Origin: Raillietiella orientalis
Lineage: Eukaryota
Assembly: GCA_036172245.1 (NCBI GenBank)
Contig: JAYWIR010000008.1
Span: 3,224,001-3,288,000, forward strand
Reading direction: 5' to 3'
DNA length: 64,000 nt
A program made the translations under genes and the position numbers. Shown piece after piece: positions 39,258-50,816 of this stretch (positions are counted from its first letter, which is position 1; each line of letters begins with the position of its first letter). The notes under the pieces were generated by a model. The model had not been told where the DNA came from and did no database searches. It saw only the letters and a list, made by a program, of their open reading frames with translations.

Positions 39258-39470
39258 ACCCTTCCTCTTTCCTTCCTCCTCCTCCTCCTCTTCTTTCCTT
39301 CCCCCTCTTTCCTTCCTCCCCTCCTCTTCCTCCCTCCCTTCCTTCCTCCTTCACCTTCCTTCCTCCTTCTCTTCTCTTCTTCCTCCTCTTCTCCCCTTTC
39401 TCTTTCTCTTCTTCCTTTCCTTTATTCTTCATTCTCTTCCTTCTTCCCCCTTCCTCCTGTTCTCCCCTCA
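39258..39470. repeat. Polypyrimidine (CT-rich) tract
   Basis: Almost exclusively C/T on the + strand. Confidence 0.9.
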
Positions 39471-40232
39471 TTGTCTGCGGGGCGGTTTCCAGACTTCAAT
39501 CCTCCTGCCCTGCAGATGAATGGAAAAGAGGAGTGCCTGCTGCATCTGCGTTGACTAGATGCTGCTGCAGCAGCTGAGGAATGAAATCACGAGATTCATC
39601 TTGAGTAGGTCAACTGACTCTCTTGTAAGAAGCTCTCTACGAAGAGGAAGGAAGGGGAGGGACCAGGCAGCCAGTAGCAGCACGGAATGTCTCATGGGAG
39701 GGGGAGCGGGTGCAGAGGGATAAAGTGGAAAGGCTGGAACCACTTCATCTCCTGTGCCGTCGTGAACCACTCCTCCTCCGCGTCTCACCCTTCCGGAGAG
39801 CCTCCGAGCAGACCCCTCGGGGAGGGAGGGAGGGGAATACGAAAATAGAGGATCCCAGGGGAAGGAAAGAATTTGGAAGGGTCGGAAGGGGCGATTCAGG
39901 AAGAGAGGTTGAAAGTCCTCCAGTCATCCTGCATGCTCACGCGGGAGTGCGCGCGCAAGGGCAGCTAACGGACGGCAGGCGTTCATCCCTCCTCGTCCCC
40001 TTCCCCTGGGAGGAGCGTGACGCGGCTGGAGACCGCCTTTCCCTTCTTCCGCGCAAGATAGGGAAGCGGTGGTACCCGGCAGAGTCATCCTCAACCCGAA
40101 CACGCCGTTCTGGGAAGTGAAGACGGACGCTGGTTTTCTGCGACTTTTGATCCTTCTGAGGGAGGTGGGGTGGAAAGGGAAAAGGGAAGGGGCACTCGCA
40201 CGGTTCCCTGCATTCAAAGAATTTCTGTTTAG

Positions 40233-40312
40233 AGTGGAAGACAAGAACGTCATCTTCAAGGTGAACCCCAATGGCAAGAGGCACACGGCGACTTCGGTAG
40301 CCATGCAGCTGG
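40233..40312 (+). CDS. IA-2: IA-2 ectodomain exon: VEDKNVIFKVNPNGKRHTATSVAMQL
   Basis: Acceptor tttctgtttag and donor gtaagt; 80 nt, phase 2-1. Matches the V.FKV..N motif. Confidence 0.9.
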
Positions 40313-42343
40313 GTAAGTGTATCATCACCATCGGTGGTCCCCTCCACTCAGAGGAGACCCTCCGCGGGTGGGGAGTCAGCCGCTGCTTTGCCTGGGCACG
40401 CCCCCTGCTGCCCACGCAAGATAGCGCACTGCGAGCGGCCGCCCCGTCCGGAGGCGGCAGCTCCGAACCGCGGATCGGAGCAGCCCGCCCCCGGGCACCC
40501 GCCCTTCCAGGTGCCCGCGGACGGTTCTCAGGTGAAGCAGCACCAAGGAGCGGGAGGAAGCGCGAACCTTCCCTTCTCGCCCTCCGCCACCCCGCCGCCG
40601 TCTCCCTTTCGCGGAGACCACGCTGTGATGCTCCCCTTTCCCAGAGCGGCGTCGCGGTTTCGGAAAATTCCGCTAGAGGGAAACCTCCCCGCTTTGCGGG
40701 AGAACAGCAGCTAGATGGCGGCGGGGAAGTTTGTCCCAGGTGGCAGCACCTTCCCCGCCCCGCGCGCGCCTCTTTGGAGCCCTCCCGTGAGCCAAGCGGG
40801 CGGCTGCCCCGTTTTGTCTTGCTAGATCGCTCGATTTACCATCACCGGGCACGCCTCGATTACGGGACCTACAGGGAGGGGAAGGAGACGTGGAGCGCGA
40901 GTCCCACGCAGTCAACCTCTGAAAAATCCCCCCGCAACCGCTGCCTGGTGCAACAAGGGGGGAGAAAGGCCACAACGACGATCTCTTCCTGGTCCGCGAC
41001 GCAAGCGAATTCCCCCCCCCCTCTCTCTCTCTCTCTTTCTCCCTCAGTTGCTCGCTTGCTCACGAGAGCGGCGGCCACGTCGCAACTGCAACAGGTGCGG
41101 CCACAGTGACGCAAGAGATAAGGAAAAATCTGCTGCCGACGCGCCACACAGGTGCGGTAAAGGGGGGAGAAGGGAGGGAACAAAGGATTGTCGCTACCCG
41201 ACACCGCGAGTCTCTTCCGGAAGAGGGGAGACCAGGAGAGGAAAGAGGAGCTGCACTGGAGAGAGAGAGAGAGGGCGCGCGCGCCGCCGACGCAGCAGCA
41301 GCAGCAAGTGCTCCCGCTGCAGAGAAGCGTCTGGACCGGTCCGAACTCCTGGTGTGCGCTTCCCCAGGAAGCGACGACTCCCCCCACCTCGGGAACCGAT
41401 CGCAACGCTCGGCAGCGCCTCCTCCTCCCGGAGGCAGCAGGAAGCTGAGGCGGCGAATCGCACGCGCGCGCGCGCCGCCCACATATCCGAGACGAGGCGG
41501 AAGAGGGTAGCGTGGAGCAGCGCTGGACTGGTACGGCATCTGGGAAAACGAGCACCGGAGCGCCTTCGACGGCCAAGCGCGCACCTGCCTCCTGCTACAG
41601 CAGCACGGCCTCCGTCCCTCTCGGTGAGAGCGGCAGACTTCCCTTGCCCTCCCACCACCTTGGATGGCGCGTCCCAGAAGGGAGAAGGGGGGAGTGGAAA
41701 CATCGATCCGTCCGAGGAGGAGCAAAAGCCGGAGAAGTGGCGCGGCGCCCCTCCGCCAGCCGAGTTCAGCGGGAATAACGACGGACGACAGCGCTATCCC
41801 TTCTCCCTCCCAGGGCCGCGGACGCCATGGAGACTCTGAACATCACCGCTTCTGCCCCGCTCCCGAAGATGGGAGGCGCTCCTGCAACACAGCACCGCCT
41901 GCCCGCCAGCGTGGCAGTAGAGCCACGCCACCGGCGGCGCCGGCACCGCGCCTGCCTCGGGAAGCTTCGGGAAGAGGCGCGCGCGCAATCGGAGGCCTTC
42001 CTCGCCCTTCCTTCGCGCGCGCATCCGGAGGATGAAAACGGAGAAAGGAGGGGGAGGAGGGCGGAACACGGCGCTGCTTGACCGCCGCCGGTCGCTCGCG
42101 TTCCGACCACTGCTCCCCTGGAAGTCACATTTCCCTCCCGCGCGCGCGCAAGGACTTCGCTGTTGCTGATTTTTACCAGGAAGGTGATCTCATCCCTTCC
42201 TCCTCCTCTTCTCGCCCCCCTTCTTTTTTCTCCGTTCTCGTTTTCATGGAGGTGACGTCCATGAGGACGTCACCTCCGGGCTGCTGCGGACTGTTCCATG
42301 AGGACGTCACCTCCACTAACAGTCTGTCTCTGCTTCGTTTTAG

Positions 42344-42411
42344 ATGCAGCGAAAGAGAAAATCTCGAGTGAGAAGCAGGTGGTGGTCACCGCCTCGGGCA
42401 TCGGCGACAAG
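42344..42411 (+). CDS. IA-2: IA-2 ectodomain exon: DAAKEKISSEKQVVVTASGIGDK
   Basis: Branch-like ctaac, acceptor tgcttcgttttag and donor gtacgg; 68 nt, phase 1-0. Ends with the G-[IV]-G motif of the domain. Confidence 0.9.
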
Positions 42412-44125
42412 GTACGGTGCTTTCCTTTTCCCTCCTTCCCCGTCCCAGGGGATGAACTCGGTCGCCTTTGGTCTCCGGCTATTCCTCGCCCACCACCCTC
42501 GGAGGATCGAGACCGAGCGGAGGAGAGTAAAGGGAGTGCAGGAGGCAGCTCCCCCCTCCCCCCCGAGGCGGAGTCTGCTGACGACAAGGGTCGCCCAACG
42601 TACCATTCGCCCTTGGGGGACTCGCGGGCTGGAAGCTCCGAGAGGCCACTCTTTTCTTGAGGGTCCCGGAAAGGAGATTGGGGAGGAGGGCAGGCAATGA
42701 CTGCAGTGGACATTCTCTGCGTTGCTGCTGTCTCCCTCACCTCCGCACCGCCGACAGGGTTCGTCAAAAGACCTTTCTTGAACGCGCCTGTTCCAAACGG
42801 AGGTGGTCAGCGAGGTGCGAGCAAAAGGACCCTGAGGGAGCTGTCGACCTCGGTCACCGAGGAACTTTCCCTTTTTCCGTCCTCTTTCCATAGGGATAGG
42901 TCGCCTCCTCCCGAAGGAATCCTGTCTGCCTGAGGACGGAAATCCTGGTTCGGTCTCCCGGAACTCTCGATCGTCAGCACCCCCACGACCCTCCCCCCAT
43001 CGTGGGACGAACGCGCCACTCAGAGGGGCGTCCAGAGTAGAGTCATGTTCTTGGAGCGACCTTCCCGCGGATCCTGAGGCGAAGCGGCACCTTCTCCGGG
43101 ACTCAGGGGTCATTTCCGCTGGAAAGGAAGGAGAGATCGGCACCCAAAAGGAGCGGCCAGCTGTCCGTGCGCGTGGTCCCTCATGCCGATCTCTCCCGCC
43201 TGCAGACAGATCCGGTTGCTCCGGCAACCCGCTCAGCCTGGTTGCAGTCTGCAACAGGCAGCAGCATCCCCCGAGCTTGCGCGGACCTGGAAACGCGAGT
43301 GGACGCTACCATCTAAGGGCCTCGGAACCCCGTGGGCGATGTTCGTGATGGTCACACAGTGTGCTCGAGTGTGCTGGAGGTTCGCAGGTCTCAGGTCGCC
43401 TCGGGCTTGCAGGTCACTCGGTGTCCCCGGGTCACTCCAGGTTCTCAGTTACTTCCTCTGTTTCTTCCTCGGCGTCTTCTGCAGTACAATCGAACTAGAG
43501 GAACGCCGTCGGGCGTGACGAGCTCCAGAGCACCACGGGTCGTGCGGTTGTCGCCGGTCTGGGTAGACAGGGGCGGACGGAGGGCGCGAGCAGCCCGAGG
43601 GTGCCACCCGCTCGCCATCTGGCAACGTTTTCGAGAAGCGCGCGTCAAAGCTGGGGCTTCAGCTACACTTCCGGCGCCCGGGGAGGTGCTGAGGGAGTCT
43701 TCAGGGGAAAGGGGAGGGAGGACGTGACCACTGGGCTTCCTTCGGGTGGACTGAGCGCCCCCCGCTCCTCGGCCTTTCTCCCGCTGCGCTTCGTATGGAG
43801 CCTGTGGAAGGGGCTTCGACCTTGCCGGAGGTAAGGCTCAGCGGGTTACGGTGCGCCCAGGGTCCAGAGGTACTCTCGTCTCCGAAGAGAAGGCGCGACT
43901 TCTTAACTCCCAAGAATAAGCCGCTCTTCTGGCATCAGGAAGGCATCCTTGGAGCCACCTGGAGCAGTCGCGGCGTTCTGCTTGGTTCTCCGAAAGCGGC
44001 AAGGCGCGGATCGCAAAAGCTGTTGCTGACACAGTGTTTCCTTGGGACGTGGCTGTGGGGAGGTTTTTTGGAGTCAGGGGCGGAGGAATAGAGAGGGAGC
44101 CGATAGAAACGGCGGCCAGGAAGAA

Positions 44126-44832
44126 TCAGGTTAAATTAGGTTAGGTGGCTTAGGTCAGGTTAGGCAGGGTGAGACTGGGTGAGTTAGATAGGCTAGACAG
44201 GTTTAGGTTTAATAGGTTAGGTGGAATGAGGTCGGGTGATGTAAGATGAATCAGGTTGGATAGGATTAGGACAGGAAGGTGATCTCCTTCCTTCCTCCTC
44301 TTCCCCTTTCCTCCTCCCTCCCTTCCTCTTCCGCTTCCCCTGCCTCCTCCTCACCTAGCCTGAGACTAGTCTGGCAAGGACGGGATCCGAACTGGTTAGA
44401 TGAGGTCAGGTTGGGTAGGGTTAGAGCAGACTAGATAACTAAGGTTGATTCGGGTCAGGTTAGGTAGGGAGAAGATCGGTATGGCTGGGACAGACTAGGT
44501 AAGGTTAGGTTGAGTAGTGTTAGGTAGGATAGAGTTGGTCGGATCATGTCAGGTGAGGTTAGGTTAGATAGTTCGGATAGATGGGGTCAGACTGGGGGTG
44601 GGGTTAGATTGGGTAGGTTAAATGAGTTAGGATAGGGTGTGGTCAGGTAGGGTTAGGTAGAATGACGTTGGGTAGGTTAGGTTAGGTGAGGTCGGGTTGG
44701 ATAGGTTTAGATCAGGTTATGTCAGGCTCAGCGGCCAGGTTAGGTAGCACTAGGTTAGGTAGAATGAGTTAGACTAGGTCAGGGCGGTTAGATGGTGGGT
44801 TCAGGTTCAGAGGGTTTGGTAGGGTTGGGTGG
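44126..44832 (+). repeat. Degenerate (TTAGG)n pentamer array with a CT-rich insert at ~44272-44352
   Basis: Recurrent ttagg/tcagg/ttggg/gtagg units with 5-bp period. Confidence 0.85.
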
Positions 44833-45572
44833 ATCGTGTGGTCAGCAGTGTCAGTAGGTAGGGAGGAATAGGAGAACGTGAGTAACCAGCGAGCCATGGG
44901 TGATTTGAATGTCATGGAGGGCGACGAGGCCAGGGAGGTGGGAAATTCGAGAAGATTTGGGATGCACGGACGAGGGCGGCGAACAAGGAAGCGGGTGGGG
45001 AGCACGGAGGCGAAGGAGGGAGGGAACTAGGGAGGCGAACTCCCGGGTGGAGTCGCAAGCTCTTGGTTCGGATCCGGTGCGGCGCAGGGCGTCTGCCTCT
45101 TCCCAGCGCGGTCCACCCCTTGGTCGTTTTCCGCCTCACCACGTGCCTGGAGGGGGCGGTCGCGCGCCCATTGTTGCTGGAGTTTCGCCCGTGAAGGTGA
45201 CCATGAGTGTGCGCTATCGAACGGCAGTTCCCCGGAATTGCGAAGCTGTCGCGTTCGTCCCCCTCTTCCGAGGTTCACCGAGTTTCCATGGAGACGCAGG
45301 ATAGCTCCTCTCGGAAAGCTGCGGTTTCAAAGGAGGCAGAGCGTCCCCTTTTTTCGACAGTTACAGCCGCGCGAGCAGGGACGGGGAGCCACAGGGACTC
45401 CCCTGTGTCGTTGAAAGGGTCCCAAGGTCACCCGCCGCGGATGTCCTGAACTTCCTCCAGAGAGGTCGCTTCCTTGTGGCTCACGCATGCATCCCAGAAC
45501 TCACCCTCAGCTGTCCTCCCTATCCCTACTCCCCCTCCCTTTCACGTGTCTGACGTTCCTGCTGCATTCTAG

Positions 45573-45767
45573 TCGCGGTACAGTCCCCTGGTCCTGTCGT
45601 CCAACGGAAACCACCCCAAGATCTACCCGGTCGCCCTAGGCCTCTTCGGGGCCGTCCTGGCCGCGGTCGTCGCCGCCGTGGTGATCTACGCCCTGCGCAG
45701 GCACTCGAGGTCAAAGCGCAACCTCGAAAAGCTGCTGCACCAGGAGGGGAAGAGCCAAGACTACCAG
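45573..45767 (+). CDS. IA-2: IA-2 transmembrane exon: SRYSP...VALGLFGAVLAAVVAAVVIYALRRHSRSK...KSQDYQ
   Basis: Acceptor gcattctag and donor gtaggg; 195 nt, phase 0-0. Hydrophobic helix, basic stop-transfer residues and the conserved DYQ. Confidence 0.92.
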
Positions 45768-47588
45768 GTAGGGAAGACAGACCCCCTGACTCCTGCATGC
45801 GCGAGGCCGCCCCTTGGGCAGCCAAAATGGGCGCTTTCCCGGCGCCGTCGGACGCGAGAGAGGTCCCGCGTACCGCCCGTTCAGGGAAACAAGGGAAAGG
45901 AGGAACCCGCTGACCTCCTGCCCGCTCAGCGGCCCTTAAGTAGTGGAGCATCCTGGAGATCGCCGGCGGCACTGCAAGGCGGCGCCATGCTCGGAAAAGG
46001 CCGTCTTCGGCGAGAAGGTGGAGGCGGCGGTCAAGTGTCCTGTGGCTGGAAGACTCTCGGCGGGTTTCTGCTGGTCTCCGGGCGAGCCTGAGTGCCACAG
46101 CGGTCCGGGGCGTCCCGAGGGAAGCACGCCGCTGATTGACGAGGCCCTCCAGGGACGCCGAAGGGACGCCCCGAGAATCCCCCTAGGAGGGCGTCGGGCG
46201 CCACGAAAGGCCATCTTACGCCTCCATGGGGAGATCGAGACGTGAAGCAGGGGTTGCCGTCGCCATGGCGGGGGAGAAGGGGTCAGAGGAATCCCTTAGC
46301 CAAAAGGAGTCCATGACGACGAGGACTGATCCTTTCCGGAAATGCCGAAGGCGAAAGCTTGAACCCTCTGTTCCGGTGACCTATGCGCTCCCTGGAGGGA
46401 TCGAATCCCGCCTGCCATCCCGCTGTTACGGGAGGGGGGGAATTCTCTCAGGGTCTCGAGATCGGAGAGATGACCTCTGTTGCTTTCCGGATCGGGGAAG
46501 CTCCTGGAAAGATCACCTCAGGGAAGCTTCCGCTTCCGGATGTCGGAGGTCAACCGCTGCGCCAGTGACTTTCTGCGTTCATCCTCGGGGGATGGAGGGG
46601 GTGAGGTCGCCCTCGGGGGGAAGCGGGTATGAGTCCTCATTCGTGTCGAACGCGGGGAGGTGTGCGCCGCCTGTGCGCGGGAATGGAAGTTCGGATTCTC
46701 GAGGGAAGGGACGAGACGACCTTCCGGGTTCTCATCCATTCCCCTCGCCCTTCGGGATTTTGCCTCAGAGACGAACGCCCTCCGGGAAGAGATGAGGGAA
46801 AGGAGAGCGCGCCTCGTTCCCGAACCGCCAGATCCCTCCATCCCTCCCGAGCAGAGCGACTTCCGGAATGCTCGAGGGTCCCTGGACCTCTGCGACCCGG
46901 AAGCGCCGCCTCCGATCCCCTGAGGTCCAACCCGCTCTTCGACCGACGCTTGGGCGAGGATGGAGCGGGAGGGGGGAGGCGAAGCTGCCGATCCCGAGTA
47001 GATGTAGCGGGGCTGCTGCGGACTGTTCCTCGACGCGTCCCGAGTCCAGCGGAGGTTCCTGGCGGCACCTCGAAAGCCTTGCAGCCGCTTCCACATGTTG
47101 CCTCGAGTTCTTCCCTGGTCGCTTCCTTGGCCGAAGAGACCTCGGTTTGATTCCGTTCCGAATGAGGTCATCCGGAGTTACTTCGCCCTTTCCTCTAGCT
47201 CCTGAGGATGATCGTTGACCTTTCCTTCAAGGAGGAAGACGACCAGAAGCGGATCGAGACCGCCGTGCGCACCCGGAGCACCGAACTCTCACAGTAGACG
47301 CTCCGCGGCGCACGCTCGAAGGTAAGGAGACGGCAGCATCACCCATCCCGCAGACAAGAGCGGTTCTTTCCGTCCCTGGTGGACGAGGGAGGAACGGGGA
47401 AGAAGAGAAGGAACGGGCAGGGAAAGAAAGGGAGAGGGGCGTCTCTTAGCCCGGAAGCGCTAAGGAATCCATCCGGGAGAAGCAAACGAACGCCTCCGTC
47501 TTCCTACGAAAAAGAGGCGCGGACCCTTCCGGGCTCGCCTCGCAGCCCTGGCATGGGAGTGACCTGCCTATTCCCAAGCTGACGTGCG

Positions 47589-48056
47589 GATGACATGAAT
47601 TTAATTGAATTCACTAATGAAGAAGGTTATGGAAAATATTTGGATCTCCATGAGTGCTATGAAAAGTATATCAACATGGAAGGTGTAGGCAGAGTGGACT
47701 ACATCACATACCTGACCACCTTTGATCAGCTGCTTGACATTCCAAAGGAAAGAAAGAATGCTCAGTACCGCCAGTATTTGGTTGCCCTCATCGACTACCT
47801 GTCTGACTACCTAGACCGTGTGAAACCTCTTCTAGATCAGTCACTGGAGATTGCAAGTATCAGACAAGAGTGTGAGAAGCAAAACTGGGAAACTGGCATC
47901 TTTCCTGATTGGCCTAAAGAGACGTCACACCGTGGAGCTCACCTAGATTTATCCTCCTTTTCCAGTTGTGAAGAGCTAATGTCGTTGGGATTAGACAGGC
48001 TCTGGGCCTCAAATGTGGGGGCACGTTGGAGGAGAGTGCCCAGCGACTTTGGAACA
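47589..48056 (+). pseudogene. SF3A3: Intronless internal fragment of splicing factor 3A subunit 3 (SF3a60/Prp9), pseudogenised
   Basis: NLIEFTNEEGYGKYLDLHECY..YIN...DYITYL..FDQL.DIPKERKN...RVKPL...GAHLDLS.FSS.EEL.SLGLDRL matches SF3A3. A deletion after LDRL shifts the frame, and GLKCGGTLEE.AQRL continues in another frame. There is also a short in-frame deletion after PKETS. Confidence 0.92.
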
Positions 48057-48871
48057 ATGGATCTACTCTGCCTCTAGCGATGACCCTTTTTCCTCCCTCC
48101 TGACGCAACAGGAAGCAACAACAAAATCGTGGATTTTCTCCTGCTGGATCCCGGCAACCCATGCCACCACCGCTCGACTGCCCTTCCCTGGTCCTGCCGG
48201 TGGCCGATCTTACGCGAATGACCTGCCGACGAAAGGCCGATCCCTTCCTTCCCGAACCGGCGAGTTCGCCGCGACACACGGACCGAGCTGGAAAGGTGGT
48301 CGTGAGAGGTTGCGACTCCTGGCCGAACGCAGCAGAAAGCAGGGAAAGCCGGAAGGGAGGACGGAGAGGACATCAGAGTTGCCGCGGGGCATTCCTTCCT
48401 CCGGAATTTTCACTCGCTCGCAGGGTGCTCTTCGATTGGCACCGAGTGATCCCTCGTTCGTTGCTCTCACCAGCCGCATGGCAGCAACGGAATTGCACGA
48501 GCGACCGTGGGGAGGGCAAGGGCAAAACGGGAAGGGACGCTGGAGGGTTCCGGGAAAAGATAAGCAGACGGAGCCGGCGCCCTTGAATCCCCGGTGAATG
48601 GCGAACCCGGCCAGCGCGCGCCGGAGGGAGGGGCAGTCACCGTAGTGTGACCGAACGCTTGTCACCCCCTGGTGCGCCAACCATCCAGGGAGGAGGACGA
48701 GACTCGAGAGCGAGAAGCATGCCTTGAAGGCTCGTGGATGTCCCGGTGAAGGCGTAGCGAAAGTCGCAGGGACGTGGGTCTGTACAGGATCATCCTTGCA
48801 TAGGAAGGAGGTCGCGATGTCGACATGGACACGATATCTCCTCGCCGTAGACCCTGTGGCTGCGGTCTCTG

Positions 48872-49650
48872 CAAGGTGTGGCTCGCGGGTGAGAATACTC
48901 GTCGAGAATGGGCTCCGAGAGATGGGGGGTGCGTCGGTGGTTCGAGTTCCTCCCGCTAGATGACGCTGGTTGGCCTCTATTGGGTGCGGTTCCGGTAGCA
49001 GTTGAACTCGGATGCCCCGATGAATGGCCGGGATTGGGAGTCGACCCTCTGGGGTCCTTCCAGGAAACTAGATCAAGGAGAGCGGTTCCTTTTGAGGTTC
49101 CCCTCCGGTTATGCAAACGAGCCCTCCCTTCCCTCTTCGAGTGGGATCCTCCGGATCCTACCGTAAAGCTGGTGGATCGTTGGTGCCTCTCCAGTGTGAC
49201 GAACTGTTCCACTCCCTTAAGCGAACCGCCCTTCTGAGAAAATTTGAAGGAGTCCCTTCGGGGTCTTCTTCAGAGGAGGAGAAACAGGGAGCGGTTCCCT
49301 TGCGGGTCCCTTCCGAAGAAGAAATTGCAGGAGCGGACCCTTTCCGGGTTCCCCTCGGAGAAGAAATGAAGAGTGGACAAGAACTCTCCGAAGAGAACCA
49401 GGAAGAGGGTCCCTCTGGGGGTTCCCATCAAGCGTGACAGGAAGGGATCTTTCCTGGATTCACAAGGTGATCCCTCCGGGATCGCCCCCTATAACCTGAG
49501 GAGTTATTGTTACACGCACCCTGGGGTGGCGAGAACGGTGCTAAAGGGTTTCGTGAGCCCCTCACGAGGAGGCGAAGGCTCTTCAGTGATACCCAATACA
49601 ATCGCCCCCTGATACCCAAGGAATAAAGAAAAATCTAGAAGGAAAGCAGC
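48872..49650 (+). mobile_element. SINE-like dispersed repeat family A, copy 3 (best-preserved head)
   Basis: A-box-like tggctcgcggg (48879-48889) and B-box-like ggttcgagttcc (48939-48950), then the family body and an A-rich tail. Confidence 0.7.
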
Positions 49651-50694
49651 GATTCCTGTCATCCAGGGACCTCGTCTTCCTTGCGAGGAGCCAGGACAGA
49701 GCAGGGAAAAGGACGCCGGCCTGGCAGCGACTTCATCCGGGAAGTCCCATGGGAGTGTCCTGGGGCTTGACTCGATCCACGAGAGGTCCAAGAGGCGCAG
49801 GAGCGAACCGCGCTTGTGCGAGCTGAAGCTGCAATCGCGCGCGAGGTCCATCTCCATGCCTGCTTCCTTTTCTCTTTGGAAATCAAGGAAGACGCTGCCT
49901 TGGGTCGCATCCTGCCTCCGGTCCGTTCCTCGAGCACGTTTGGAAGAGGGGGGAAGGGTGGACGTGAGGGGGAGCTTCTAAAGGGGAGATTTCCCCGAGC
50001 TGAGCTGGTCACTGCGTGAGCGCAGCTGGCGTTCGGCCGATCCTCAAGAAACCGGCGCGAACGCGAAGGGTCTGGACGCGAGCGATGCCTGGAAACTGCG
50101 GCATCGGTCATCAGGGCGAGCGGCAGGCGCCCAGGGGTGGCAACCTACGTCAGCTGGGAGAGGGCCGCTCGAAACGAGGAACGGACGGAAGGACGCTCCC
50201 AAAACAGGGTGCTCGCGGAGGCGTGAAAGCGCCGAAGTCCCGCTGCACCTCCGTATCAGAGGCAGCCATCATCCTGGAGATCCCCGATCTCCCCATCCAT
50301 TCTCTCGTGACGACAACGCCTGCCGCCACTGCAAGGCAAACAGAGGCGGCAGGACTCGCCGAAAACGTGAGGACCGAAGGGATGATCATTCGGATCCCCT
50401 GGGGGCAGCACGCGCTGCAAGGCCAGGAAGAATTTCAGACGGCCAAGCAAAGCGAGGAACCTAGGTCGCCGCGGGGCCAAGTCCTTTTTTTTCCGCCGGG
50501 TCCGCGACGACCCCGCGGGGCTGCCCGCGCTCGCGCACCAACGCAGGGTGAGGGTCGGACGCGCCTGCGCAACAGCGGAACCCGCGTACGGAGTCCCGGG
50601 GTCAACCCATACGACGAATCCAGCCCGTACGCTCAAGAGATCGCGCCAGGACGCGAACGGATCCCAGAATTGACGGGGATTCGTGTTTTTCAAG

Positions 50695-50816
50695 GACCTC
50701 TGCAGATTGAGGATGGGTCGGAGCTCGCAGGACCACTTCGACTCCACGGTCATCCACAAGCTCTCTAAGGACAAGGAGAACCGCAGCAACTCTTCCCACT
50801 CGATCGTTCCTCAATG
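50695..50816 (+). CDS. IA-2: IA-2 juxtamembrane exon: DLCRLRMGRSS...SNSSHSIVPQ(W)
   Basis: Acceptor gtgtttttcaag and donor gtgagt; 122 nt, phase 0-2. Completes the YQ-DLCR..M motif. Confidence 0.92.

Noticed and set aside
47595..48077. Functional nested SF3A3 gene
   Set aside because: Frameshifting deletion, substitutions at conserved residues, and no other SF3A3 exons in the window.
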